A stretch of 26,470 bases of DNA from a virus (Duplodnaviria > Caudoviricetes). This document shows, piece by piece, positions 17,300 through 25,250 of the stretch. The DNA lies in the IMG/VR virus record IMGVR_UViG_3300020436_000076, positions 1 through 26,470 of that record; one strand, 5' to 3'. Under the pieces are notes generated by a model. That model was not told the DNA's origin. It did not search any database and saw only the letters and a list, made by a program, of their open reading frames with translations. How positions within the stretch are numbered: the stretch's first letter is position 1; each line of letters starts with the position of its first letter. The position numbers were made by a program, and so were the translations under genes.

Positions 17300-18027
17300 T
17301 GTTCACTTTCATGTAATGCTAACAATTTTCTAATCTCTCCCCAAGTACCTAAATCAATATAATCATCTACTTCTATTCCTTCGGTATTATAAAAAGGTGT
17401 ATACGTCATCTGTTTAGTATTAAATTTTTTATTAAGTGTACTTTTTTCCATATAACTTATAGAGTCAGCAAAACTAGAAACCTTAAAAGCAAAACTACAC
17501 CAATAAGCGTTATAATTTTGAATATTTGTTTGTGGCTTGTCTTCGTATAATTTTACTAGATTATTTTGTATTTGTAATGCACCTTTTGTAGATAACATTG
17601 ATGGATTTGATTCTTTTTTATAAAAGAAAACAAATTCATTTGTTTCTAATCTATCTTTAACTGTTGTATACAAATCTACAGAATTTTTTAATTTTAAAAT
17701 TGTATCAGGTAGTAGTACTAAATTATCTTCTCCAAACCAGTGGTAAGCACTTTTAATTGCACCTGTATATTCTCTTTCTAACGGATTTTGATATACAAAA
17801 GCAATATTATATTTGTGTCTATACTTTGACAAATATCCAACTATATCAGTTTTCCATTCATTAATTACTACAACAAAATCAACACTGTTTCTATCATAGT
17901 CTTTGAAATGATCAAAACTATAATCTATTAGTGCTTGATTTTTATCTAATCTTAATATTTCTTTAGGATATGGTAAATTTAATCTTGTGCCTTTACCGGC
18001 GGCAGGAAGGATTACTGTTAGAGTCAT
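17296..18027 (-). CDS. sugar-phosphate nucleotidyltransferase (RmlA/GalU-like)
   Basis: ILPAAGKGTRL..PKEIL, LLPDT, YEDKP, YIDLGTW. Confidence 0.85.
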   Translation of the reverse strand: MTLTVILPAAGKGTRLNLPYPKEILRLDKNQALIDYSFDHFKDYDRNSVDFVVVINEWKTDIVGYLSKYRHKYNIAFVYQNPLEREYTGAIKSAYHWFGEDNLVLLPDTILKLKNSVDLYTTVKDRLETNEFVFFYKKESNPSMLSTKGALQIQNNLVKLYEDKPQTNIQNYNAYWCSFAFKVSSFADSISYMEKSTLNKKFNTKQMTYTPFYNTEGIEVDDYIDLGTWGEIRKLLALHESEQ

Positions 18028-18032
18028 AACAG

Positions 18033-18038
18033 TATTTA
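18033..18038 (-). promoter_or_regulatory. late-type TAAATA motif heading the sugar island
   Basis: TGTAAATACTGTT-ATG; the motif overlaps the uvsY stop codon. Confidence 0.55.
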
Positions 18039-18491
18039 CAAAGTTGCATCTTCCATTCCGGCAACTCTGAGTTTAACAATATTTGTAATTTGCCATTGTT
18101 TTTGATCAAGTCCTTTTAGTACACCTAACCATTTATTTCGCAACAATGCAAATTCATTTATAATCTTTTCATAGTCTACTACATCAGCTTCGCCGTCAAC
18201 ATATTTTTCAACATCTCTGCTTGACAAGGCTCTTTGATAGTTTTCTAAATATTTTTTGAAAAATGAGCTACGCAATTTACGTAGCTCAATGTTTAAATAA
18301 TTCAATATAGCTTCAATTTCTTGTAGTTGATTAAATCGATGTTCAACAATACCAGGCATTTCGGAAGATGATTTTTCAACACTTCCTTTTAGTTTTACTT
18401 CTTTTCTAGCTTCAATAAGCTCAGTTTCAAAGTATTGTATAGCACTTGGTATTTGATTTATATCACGTGATACTTGACTGTACCAGCCCAT
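18036..18491 (-). CDS. uvsY: UvsY-like recombination mediator
   Basis: 151-aa helical protein with DVEKYVDGEADVV and KQWQITNIVKLR, typical of UvsY; lies downstream of UvsX. Confidence 0.75.
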   Translation of the reverse strand: MGWYSQVSRDINQIPSAIQYFETELIEARKEVKLKGSVEKSSSEMPGIVEHRFNQLQEIEAILNYLNIELRKLRSSFFKKYLENYQRALSSRDVEKYVDGEADVVDYEKIINEFALLRNKWLGVLKGLDQKQWQITNIVKLRVAGMEDATL

Positions 18492-18721
18492 TATTCATCC
18501 CATTCGTTGTCTTCGTTAAAATCGTCTTTATCCATTTCTAAATAATATTGAATAGCATAATCTAATATTTTATCGTTACCTAATAGATCTGTTAATTGGT
18601 CATCTTGAAAACCGTAGTCTACTAACATATCAACAAATCTTTCAGCCGCTGTATCAGTATGTTTTTTATCAAGATAATCTTTAAAAAGATTCCATAAGTC
18701 TGCAACAAATTCTTCATCCAT
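18491..18721 (-). CDS. small highly acidic protein
   Basis: 76 aa, about 24 D/E versus 6 K/R; overlaps both neighbours. Confidence 0.75.
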   Translation of the reverse strand: MDEEFVADLWNLFKDYLDKKHTDTAAERFVDMLVDYGFQDDQLTDLLGNDKILDYAIQYYLEMDKDDFNEDNEWDE

Positions 18722-19799
18722 TAGTAACAGGCTCCTCGTTATGATCCACAGCTTCTATGTCTGCGTTGTCGGTATTTACCTCAGTTTCCTGTTTTTTAAT
18801 GTAATCCGACATGACCATCTCGAGAAGATCTCCTGTCCAATTTTTTCTATATTCTAAAAATTCTTTTCCTTCAGTGTTAATATACTTGAGCCTATTGCCT
18901 TGTTTTTCTATTAAGCCTTTTGCTTCAAACAATTCAACAAGTCCGCTATAAGGATTCATTCCTGTTTCATAAGGAATTTTAACTTGAACGCCTTCAAAAG
19001 GTTTTGCGTAACGAGTTTTCATTACCTTACATCCTGCACGTATACCACGTACTTCACTAATTTTATTACCGGCTTCGTCTTCTTTTAATTTAAGTTTTTT
19101 CATTGCAACAACAATACTTGATGCATAGATAAAACCTTGTCCACCGCTAATTTTGTCATCTGGGTCAAACATATCTTGAGAAGCATATGTATGATTAGTA
19201 CAAACCAATCCAACATTATAACTACCAATCATGTTAACAGTATTTCTAACAAGTGCAGTTAGTTGTTTAGGTTTACGACCCATATCACCTTTCATATCAC
19301 CTTTTTGAAACTGATCCATATCAGTAGGTGTAAGTAACATACCTAATGAGTCAACTACAAACAATACTTTAGGACGATCCTCTTCATCCATAGACTTATA
19401 ATCATCCATAAATGTTGAGATAGTTTTAGCTACATCATCAATCATTGACATATTAAGTTTTAAAAGTTTATCTTCACTGGTATCAACGTTTAATGCTTGT
19501 AACCAACTTTCATCAAGAGCATTTTCACTATCTATTAGCACAACAAAAATGCCTTGTTCTTGGGCGTGTCTAACAATATTACCCGAACAAAAATAACTTT
19601 TGCCTGCTCCAGATTCGCCTGCAAACACTGTTACTTTACCAAGTGGTACACCTTTTTTAAAGTCGCCACTTATAAGATAGTTTAGTGCAAATGAACCTGT
19701 ACTAATCCAATCAGTAGGATCATTAAAACCAGTACTCATTCCTGTAATTGATTTTGTAAGTTGTGTCCGAAATTTACTCGGATCAAAAGATTTAGCCAT
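18714..19799 (-). CDS. uvsX: UvsX/RecA-like recombinase
   Basis: ISTGS..LN, GESGAGKS Walker A, IDSENA, VVDSLG, NHTY, SGG; AGGAG SD. Confidence 0.93.
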   Translation of the reverse strand: MAKSFDPSKFRTQLTKSITGMSTGFNDPTDWISTGSFALNYLISGDFKKGVPLGKVTVFAGESGAGKSYFCSGNIVRHAQEQGIFVVLIDSENALDESWLQALNVDTSEDKLLKLNMSMIDDVAKTISTFMDDYKSMDEEDRPKVLFVVDSLGMLLTPTDMDQFQKGDMKGDMGRKPKQLTALVRNTVNMIGSYNVGLVCTNHTYASQDMFDPDDKISGGQGFIYASSIVVAMKKLKLKEDEAGNKISEVRGIRAGCKVMKTRYAKPFEGVQVKIPYETGMNPYSGLVELFEAKGLIEKQGNRLKYINTEGKEFLEYRKNWTGDLLEMVMSDYIKKQETEVNTDNADIEAVDHNEEPVTNG

Positions 19800-19819
19800 A
19801 TTTTCTCCTAACTAGAAAT

Positions 19820-19871
19820 AAAAAAGGGAGACCTCGCTGGTTACCGAATGGAGGTTTTTGCCGGAACTCCC
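19820..19871 (-). terminator. terminator-like structured RNA between ssb and uvsX
   Basis: Minus strand GGGAG...CTCCC outer stem stacked on an ACCTC/GAGGT inner stem, followed by six T. Confidence 0.6.
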
Positions 19872-19880
19872 AATTAATAA

Positions 19881-20852
19881 TTACTGTTGTCTTGCTCTAA
19901 TCATTGCTAGAATGTCTTGGGCTCCACCTTCAGCAGGTGCTTCTTCTTTCGAAGGAGCGGGTGGTGTTTCTACTTTTGTTTCTTCAACAACCGGTGCTGG
20001 TGATGGAGTTTCCGCTACAGGAGCAGGTGTACTAGTAGATGCTGATTTTACAGGATCTCCAGTCTTTGCTTGCATTCCGCTGGGCCTAAAATATTGGCTC
20101 CATTTTTCTGCATCATATGCTTCACCATCAACAGATGCCTCAAACATTTCAGTTAGAACTTTTACTCCAACATCTTCTGGCTTTTTAGGTAAGAAGTCGC
20201 TTAGATTAAACAATCCGTGTGTTTCGATTGCTTTCATTTCAGCATCGCCTAACGGACGTTCTCTACGAGCCCAATTACTTGCGCCGTAATCAGCATATCC
20301 ACCTTTTGAACCTTTTGATAATCTAAAGTCTACGCCAGCAGTATAATCTGTTGGCAGTTCTTCCATATCTGGATCCATTAGTGCCGCTTTGATTAGTTGA
20401 AAAATTTGTGGGCCAATAATAAACCTACGAATAGGATTCTCAGGCTTATCTTCACCAAGTGGATCGTCTGTTACAAAACCTTGGAAGATATAAGAACGCT
20501 TCTTCCAATATTTACGACCCATATCCTCAAGACTTGGATCTTTAAACCAGCCACGTACTTCACCTAATATAGGACATGATTCGTTATACATTTCCATGCA
20601 TGGAACTTGAACCTGTACAGGCCTAGAATCAGTTTCACCTTTTACTCCAGCAAATGGAAGTTTTATCATCAAACGTTCTTTCCAAAAGAATGTGTTTGAG
20701 TCATCGCCATCAGGAAGGAATCGTAACGTAGATGTTTCGCCTTCTTTCATATTCCAAAATGGGTAAATTGCGTTATCGCCACCAGTGTTATTTCCACCTG
20801 TACGATTTTCTTGTTCTTTGAGCTTTGCTCGTATTTCTGCTAATGATGCCAT
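19881..20852 (-). CDS. T4 gp32-like single-stranded DNA-binding protein
   Basis: LRFLPD, CMEMY..CPI, YWKKRSY, GVDFRLSK...YADY..S.W, P/A/E-rich linker and DILAMIRAR tail; AAGGAGG SD. Confidence 0.88.
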   Translation of the reverse strand: MASLAEIRAKLKEQENRTGGNNTGGDNAIYPFWNMKEGETSTLRFLPDGDDSNTFFWKERLMIKLPFAGVKGETDSRPVQVQVPCMEMYNESCPILGEVRGWFKDPSLEDMGRKYWKKRSYIFQGFVTDDPLGEDKPENPIRRFIIGPQIFQLIKAALMDPDMEELPTDYTAGVDFRLSKGSKGGYADYGASNWARRERPLGDAEMKAIETHGLFNLSDFLPKKPEDVGVKVLTEMFEASVDGEAYDAEKWSQYFRPSGMQAKTGDPVKSASTSTPAPVAETPSPAPVVEETKVETPPAPSKEEAPAEGGAQDILAMIRARQQ

Positions 20853-20911
20853 AGTTATGCCTCCTTATAAATTGCCTATGCATTGTGCCTTTTATGTGTA
20901 GCACAGTTATA

Positions 20912-20962
20912 ATACTACACAACTTTATTTATCTTGTCAACTATTTTTTTAATTTTTTTTAA
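20912..20962 (-). promoter_or_regulatory. strong sigma70-type promoter with nested TAAATA and upstream A-tracts
   Basis: TTGACA (20940-20935), 17-nt spacer containing ATAAATA and ending TG, TAGTAT (20917-20912); A-tracts at 20944-20960 resemble an UP element. Confidence 0.8.
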
Positions 20963-20978
20963 AAATCAATAGGTTAAG

Positions 20979-23144
20979 CTATCCTAAATATTTTGTCATA
21001 AACATTTTAGGCATTTCGTGATAATCTTTAATATCTAAAAAATCGTGTAACCCCATTGATGTTTGAATGTCTTTGAGAAATTTGTTTCTCACCATAGGTT
21101 TAACATTTTGAGCTGTAGCCATCATTCTTAAAACTCTAGCTTGTTGAACAGACACTGGAAGAATTTTACCGTCATCGGTTTTAACTGCTTTCTTAGGATT
21201 AGGACTATTCTGTGAATCAATGACTTTAGCTAGTTGATCAAACATAGGTGGTTCTTTAAACCCACCTTCATCATCATCGTCTTGATCAAGTTCTCTACCT
21301 AAATCTTTTAAACCAAAGTCGTCAAAACTACCTTCTTCCAGTCCTGCGTTTACTCTCATTTTATATGTTTCAAATGCATGGCCTAGACGTTCTATGAATC
21401 GACTTGCTGGTTTAACGTATTGTTCTCCATAATCTTTTTCTATCGCTGTTAATACTGCTGTTTCGCCTTTAGGAAAATTTCCAGTCTGTACATCAAAATG
21501 GCTCATAATATATTCGCCTATAGGAGTTTTATCCTTTTCAATTACAATATCTTCTTCGTCATCATCTGGGTGATCGATTTTATCGCCTTTTTTTGCACCA
21601 CTCATTTTTGCTTTACGAACTGCATAAGCATATGCATTGCCTTCGTCTGTATTTTCGCCCATTTCTATCTGTTTAATAGCGGCCATTAATTCTCCATATG
21701 TAGGATTTGTTATGCCTTTTTGCTTTAATAATTCTATTGCACGTTCTTTGTTGTAATGGCTGTCTCCTGGAGTCATTACACCTTCTACTATATCCGGCAC
21801 ACCATTTCCGTTTTTATCTCTCCACCAAGAACCTGATTCATCATGACAATCATGCGGACAATCACATTTTGGAGTTGCTACGTGCATTTGACAGCCACAA
21901 TCTTTACAATGATAATTTTGATATCCTTTCATGTATCCTTCTGATAATGTTTCACTAAATTGACCCATCATTTCTTCAAAGAATTTATTAAGTTCATCAT
22001 CAAAACTTTTTGAAGAGTTTACTTTGTGACAACTATCGCCTTTACCTCTACGATATCCTTTCCAGCATACTTTGCCGTGTGAGCCGGCTTTCTTTTCATT
22101 TACGGTTGACCAATTTGGATTACCGCAATCTTCGCAAACATCGTCAAGTTCTTCACCAATAATATCTTCAGGCATAATTTCTGTTGGTTTTGTTTCGCCT
22201 ATCAAATTATAGATATATGGAAATACATCTTTTAATTCTTCATTAAATTGTTTAATAGTAAGTTGATCAATCCAATTTTCTGCTACATCAACCGGGACGT
22301 CTTTTACGTCAGCTGGTGAAAAATTTTCAAATGTTTCTTTATAATAGTTTGGTTTTTGTAAATTTTGAATTTCTTTTTTAATTGATAAAGTTCTATCTTT
22401 CACAATGCCTGTATATTCTTGTAATGTTTCTGCCATTACTGTGCTTCTATTTAGATACTGGTTAAATTTACGCAATTTTGAAAGTTCTTCACTTAGCCCT
22501 GTTATATACTTGCCAAAATCATCATAAGGATTTCCGCCTTCTGATACGTGCATAGCCAAAGCTCTTGCACCACTCAAATGTTTGTAAGGATACTTGAATT
22601 TCTCGCCTTGGTTATTTTCAATAAAAATTACACCTATTTTTTTGTTTCTATTTTCATCTTCACCTAATGATGCATTGTGTTTAATTGAAAGTTTTGCACT
22701 TCCAATTTTTTGGAAACTGGTTTTATGAGTTCCATACATTTTTGATTCTGACATTGTATTATCTCCAGGGCGATTATTTGCTAAAAATTTATAGTCTCTT
22801 TTTTGTAAATTTGATCTGTTAACATCTCTTACTTCAAATTTAAGTAATCTTTTTTTACTAAATTGCCTCATATCTTTTAAAAATGTAAACCAACTATCTT
22901 TACCAACACCATAATTTTCGTCTATCATATCTTTATTATATATAATAGTTATTCCGCTTTCTTCGTCTAAACTTACGCTTACTTTGCCTATAGTATTATT
23001 TTGTACTCCAAAATCAAAATCAAAAAATCTTGCATCTTTTGGCGTATTGGTAATGTCCCCATTTTCGTCTCCTATTACAAGATTAGAAAATCGGCTTTTA
23101 ACTGAATTAAACAGTTGTTCTGCTATGAGGTTCAAATTCAACAT
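20979..23144 (-). CDS. large modular protein, probable virion internal/head-associated protein
   Basis: 721 aa from ATG 23144, with TAAATA upstream and directly after the terminase; central string of short Cys-rich and basic modules separated by Glu-rich linkers. Confidence 0.6.
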   Translation of the reverse strand: MLNLNLIAEQLFNSVKSRFSNLVIGDENGDITNTPKDARFFDFDFGVQNNTIGKVSVSLDEESGITIIYNKDMIDENYGVGKDSWFTFLKDMRQFSKKRLLKFEVRDVNRSNLQKRDYKFLANNRPGDNTMSESKMYGTHKTSFQKIGSAKLSIKHNASLGEDENRNKKIGVIFIENNQGEKFKYPYKHLSGARALAMHVSEGGNPYDDFGKYITGLSEELSKLRKFNQYLNRSTVMAETLQEYTGIVKDRTLSIKKEIQNLQKPNYYKETFENFSPADVKDVPVDVAENWIDQLTIKQFNEELKDVFPYIYNLIGETKPTEIMPEDIIGEELDDVCEDCGNPNWSTVNEKKAGSHGKVCWKGYRRGKGDSCHKVNSSKSFDDELNKFFEEMMGQFSETLSEGYMKGYQNYHCKDCGCQMHVATPKCDCPHDCHDESGSWWRDKNGNGVPDIVEGVMTPGDSHYNKERAIELLKQKGITNPTYGELMAAIKQIEMGENTDEGNAYAYAVRKAKMSGAKKGDKIDHPDDDEEDIVIEKDKTPIGEYIMSHFDVQTGNFPKGETAVLTAIEKDYGEQYVKPASRFIERLGHAFETYKMRVNAGLEEGSFDDFGLKDLGRELDQDDDDEGGFKEPPMFDQLAKVIDSQNSPNPKKAVKTDDGKILPVSVQQARVLRMMATAQNVKPMVRNKFLKDIQTSMGLHDFLDIKDYHEMPKMFMTKYLG

Positions 23145-23152
23145 ATTAATAT

Positions 23153-23158
23153 TATTTA
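23153..23158 (-). promoter_or_regulatory. late-type TAAATA motif
   Basis: GATAAATAATATTAAT-ATG. Confidence 0.6.
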
Positions 23159-24742
23159 TCAATAATTGCTACTTACAAAGATAGGCATTGGTGTTTCATA
23201 ATCCTGTATTTCTTCTGCTTGGGTAAATGTATTATACACATCAGGGTTCCAGTCACGCATTACAGTAATTATTCTTAGCGTTAATATTAATGCACTTATT
23301 AAATCATCTGTTGCACCTGGTTTAGCTCTAAACGAGCTTCCTATTGATATAAATCCTTTTAATTCACTTACTAATGGTTTGCTTCGGATAATTAATTTAT
23401 CATTTTCAATCATTGTTTTTAGTCTTGCACAAGCACTTGTTTTACTTCCGTGTGTAGTATTAAATCCTTTTCTAAACTTTCTTACATGACCTTTTCTAAT
23501 AGGTTCACTTATAAAAAGGCCTGGTATATTTTCCTCGCCAAAATCTTGTATAACAATTAAAGCCGCTTCTCCTATTCCGTTGTTTTCAACACTCCAGTAA
23601 ATATTTGATCCTTCATTTTTACAAGTATCTGCAATATAACTACAAATATCTTTCAAAACACGTATTTGTCCAGGTATACCTGTGACGTTATGTTGCCACT
23701 CTGCTACTTGTTCATAAGTAGGAAGCTCCAAAACTTGTATTGCCGCATAATCTCCTCCTGTACCCATAGCTGGATCTAATGCTACTGTATAGCTTTTATC
23801 TGGATCAGGCATTTTATACCAGCGTACTTGCCCCATGTTCATTTGAGGTGAAACGCCTTCCATTTGTGCCAGCTTTAAACTGTTAATTAATGTTTCATCA
23901 AAAACAAGAAACTCACACCCGTATTCTCTTCTAAATTTTTCTTCGCCAATTCTTCCTAATTCGTCTGTTTTCCATTGTTCATCTCTATCTGGGTGTTCGT
24001 CCCAATAACTTCTAAAACTATGAAATCCATTTATCCCAACATCTTGTTCATTGCCGTTTTCATCAAACTTTTGTTCTGCTTGTTTCCATATAGTAGCAAA
24101 TGTATCTTCATCTGAATTTGGTGTGCTTGTTATAATAGCTCTACCACCTGTAGCTAGAGTTGGAGATATAGATGTCCAAAATTCTTCTGCTATATTAGGC
24201 TGAACAAATGCAAACTCGTCACAGTATAATAATGAAATAGATAAACCACGTCCTGTTGTGCCTGTTGTTGTTTGGCTTATAATTCTTGATCCGTTTTCAA
24301 ACTCAACAGATCCTTTGTTATAACTGGTTACGCCTGCTCTTATATAATCAGGACAAAGTTCATATACATAACGTATACGAGCCATAATTTCTTGGGCACC
24401 TGTATATTTGTGTGCGGCAATTAGAATAGTCTGATCAGGATTAAACATAGCATACCAACACAAATATATTGCGGCACAAGTTGTTTTGCCTGTTTGCCTT
24501 GGCATCATATTAATATTAAATCTATGAGTATGATAGCTGTACATTAGTCTATCTTGATATTCATAAGAATTAAAAAGTAATTTTCCTTCAACAGGGTGTT
24601 GTATATAAGCAAAATTATTTGCAAAATAAATATAACCAGTATCGGGATCCATACACTTCATTAAATCTTCTACTTGATCGTTAGTGTATGTTTCTTGTTG
24701 ATTTGCTTTTTTGGTTAAAACACCGTCTAATGATTTACTCAT
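23159..24742 (-). CDS. terL: terminase large subunit (T4 gp17-like)
   Basis: YQ motif, MPRQTGKTT Walker A, LLYCDEFAF Walker B, ITSTPN, FRREY.CEF, nuclease ALDPAMG, VENN, DDL. Confidence 0.95.
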   Translation of the reverse strand: MSKSLDGVLTKKANQQETYTNDQVEDLMKCMDPDTGYIYFANNFAYIQHPVEGKLLFNSYEYQDRLMYSYHTHRFNINMMPRQTGKTTCAAIYLCWYAMFNPDQTILIAAHKYTGAQEIMARIRYVYELCPDYIRAGVTSYNKGSVEFENGSRIISQTTTGTTGRGLSISLLYCDEFAFVQPNIAEEFWTSISPTLATGGRAIITSTPNSDEDTFATIWKQAEQKFDENGNEQDVGINGFHSFRSYWDEHPDRDEQWKTDELGRIGEEKFRREYGCEFLVFDETLINSLKLAQMEGVSPQMNMGQVRWYKMPDPDKSYTVALDPAMGTGGDYAAIQVLELPTYEQVAEWQHNVTGIPGQIRVLKDICSYIADTCKNEGSNIYWSVENNGIGEAALIVIQDFGEENIPGLFISEPIRKGHVRKFRKGFNTTHGSKTSACARLKTMIENDKLIIRSKPLVSELKGFISIGSSFRAKPGATDDLISALILTLRIITVMRDWNPDVYNTFTQAEEIQDYETPMPIFVSSNY

Positions 24743-24747
24743 AATAC

Positions 24748-24753
24748 TATTTA
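24748..24753 (-). promoter_or_regulatory. late-type TAAATA motif
   Basis: AGTAAATAGTATT-ATG, immediately after a terminator. Confidence 0.65.
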
Positions 24754-24756
24754 CTC

Positions 24757-24783
24757 AAAAAAATAGCACCCGTAGGTGCTATT
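24757..24783 (-). terminator. rho-independent terminator
   Basis: AATAGCACC-TACG-GGTGCTATT perfect 9-bp stem with a cUACGg tetraloop, followed by a T-run. Confidence 0.9.
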
Positions 24784-24802
24784 GAGTTTGGGGGGATGTA
24801 TT

Positions 24803-25189
24803 TTAAGCTACTGTAATACTTGAAGCCGCTACAACATCTGATCCTGAAATATCTATATCATTTGGACCGATTGAAGTTGTTGCCGCTCCATCGTCTTTAC
24901 CGATAGTTCTGATTCTTGCTTGTAATTCACTAGCACTACTATGGTTTACATCCATTACTAAATGAATGACTCCACTGTTATCATTTACAATAAAATATGC
25001 TAATGGATTTAATTCTTTGATAATTGCTTCAACTGCTTCGTTAACAGCATCATCTTCAGCACGTAAATCTATATTAGAATTTGATGTATCTTGTACAGTC
25101 AATTTATAACAATTTGCATTTGGCGAATACATAGTTCCTACTGTATTGGCCATTGATCCTACTCGTCTTGCTTCTGCTGGTACTCCCAT
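24803..25189 (-). CDS. small hypothetical protein, probably virion-associated
   Basis: 128 aa, A/S/T/D-rich, followed by a terminator. Confidence 0.7.
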   Translation of the reverse strand: MGVPAEARRVGSMANTVGTMYSPNANCYKLTVQDTSNSNIDLRAEDDAVNEAVEAIIKELNPLAYFIVNDNSGVIHLVMDVNHSSASELQARIRTIGKDDGAATTSIGPNDIDISGSDVVAASSITVA

Positions 25190-25239
25190 TACTTACCCCT
25201 TGGTTTCTTTACTTTTCTGCTAGTTATTAATATTTCCAT
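25189..25239 (-). CDS. candidate 16-aa basic micropeptide MEILITSRKVKKPRGK
   Basis: AGGAG SD 6 nt upstream; its stop overlaps the next ATG (TAATG); fills the intergenic gap. Confidence 0.5.
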   Translation of the reverse strand: MEILITSRKVKKPRGK

Positions 25240-25250
25240 AACTTACTCCT

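Noticed and set aside
19831-19856. Plus-strand CCTCGCTGG and CGAATGG recall HDV-like ribozyme segments; minus-strand GCAAAAACCTCC...AGCGAGGT recalls part of a c-di-GMP-I riboswitch
   Set aside because: I could not build the full nested double pseudoknot or the GNRA-capped P2 stem; kept only as an unassigned structured RNA.
19858-20289. 143-aa plus-strand ORF
   Set aside because: Antisense shadow of the ssb gene's low-complexity tail.
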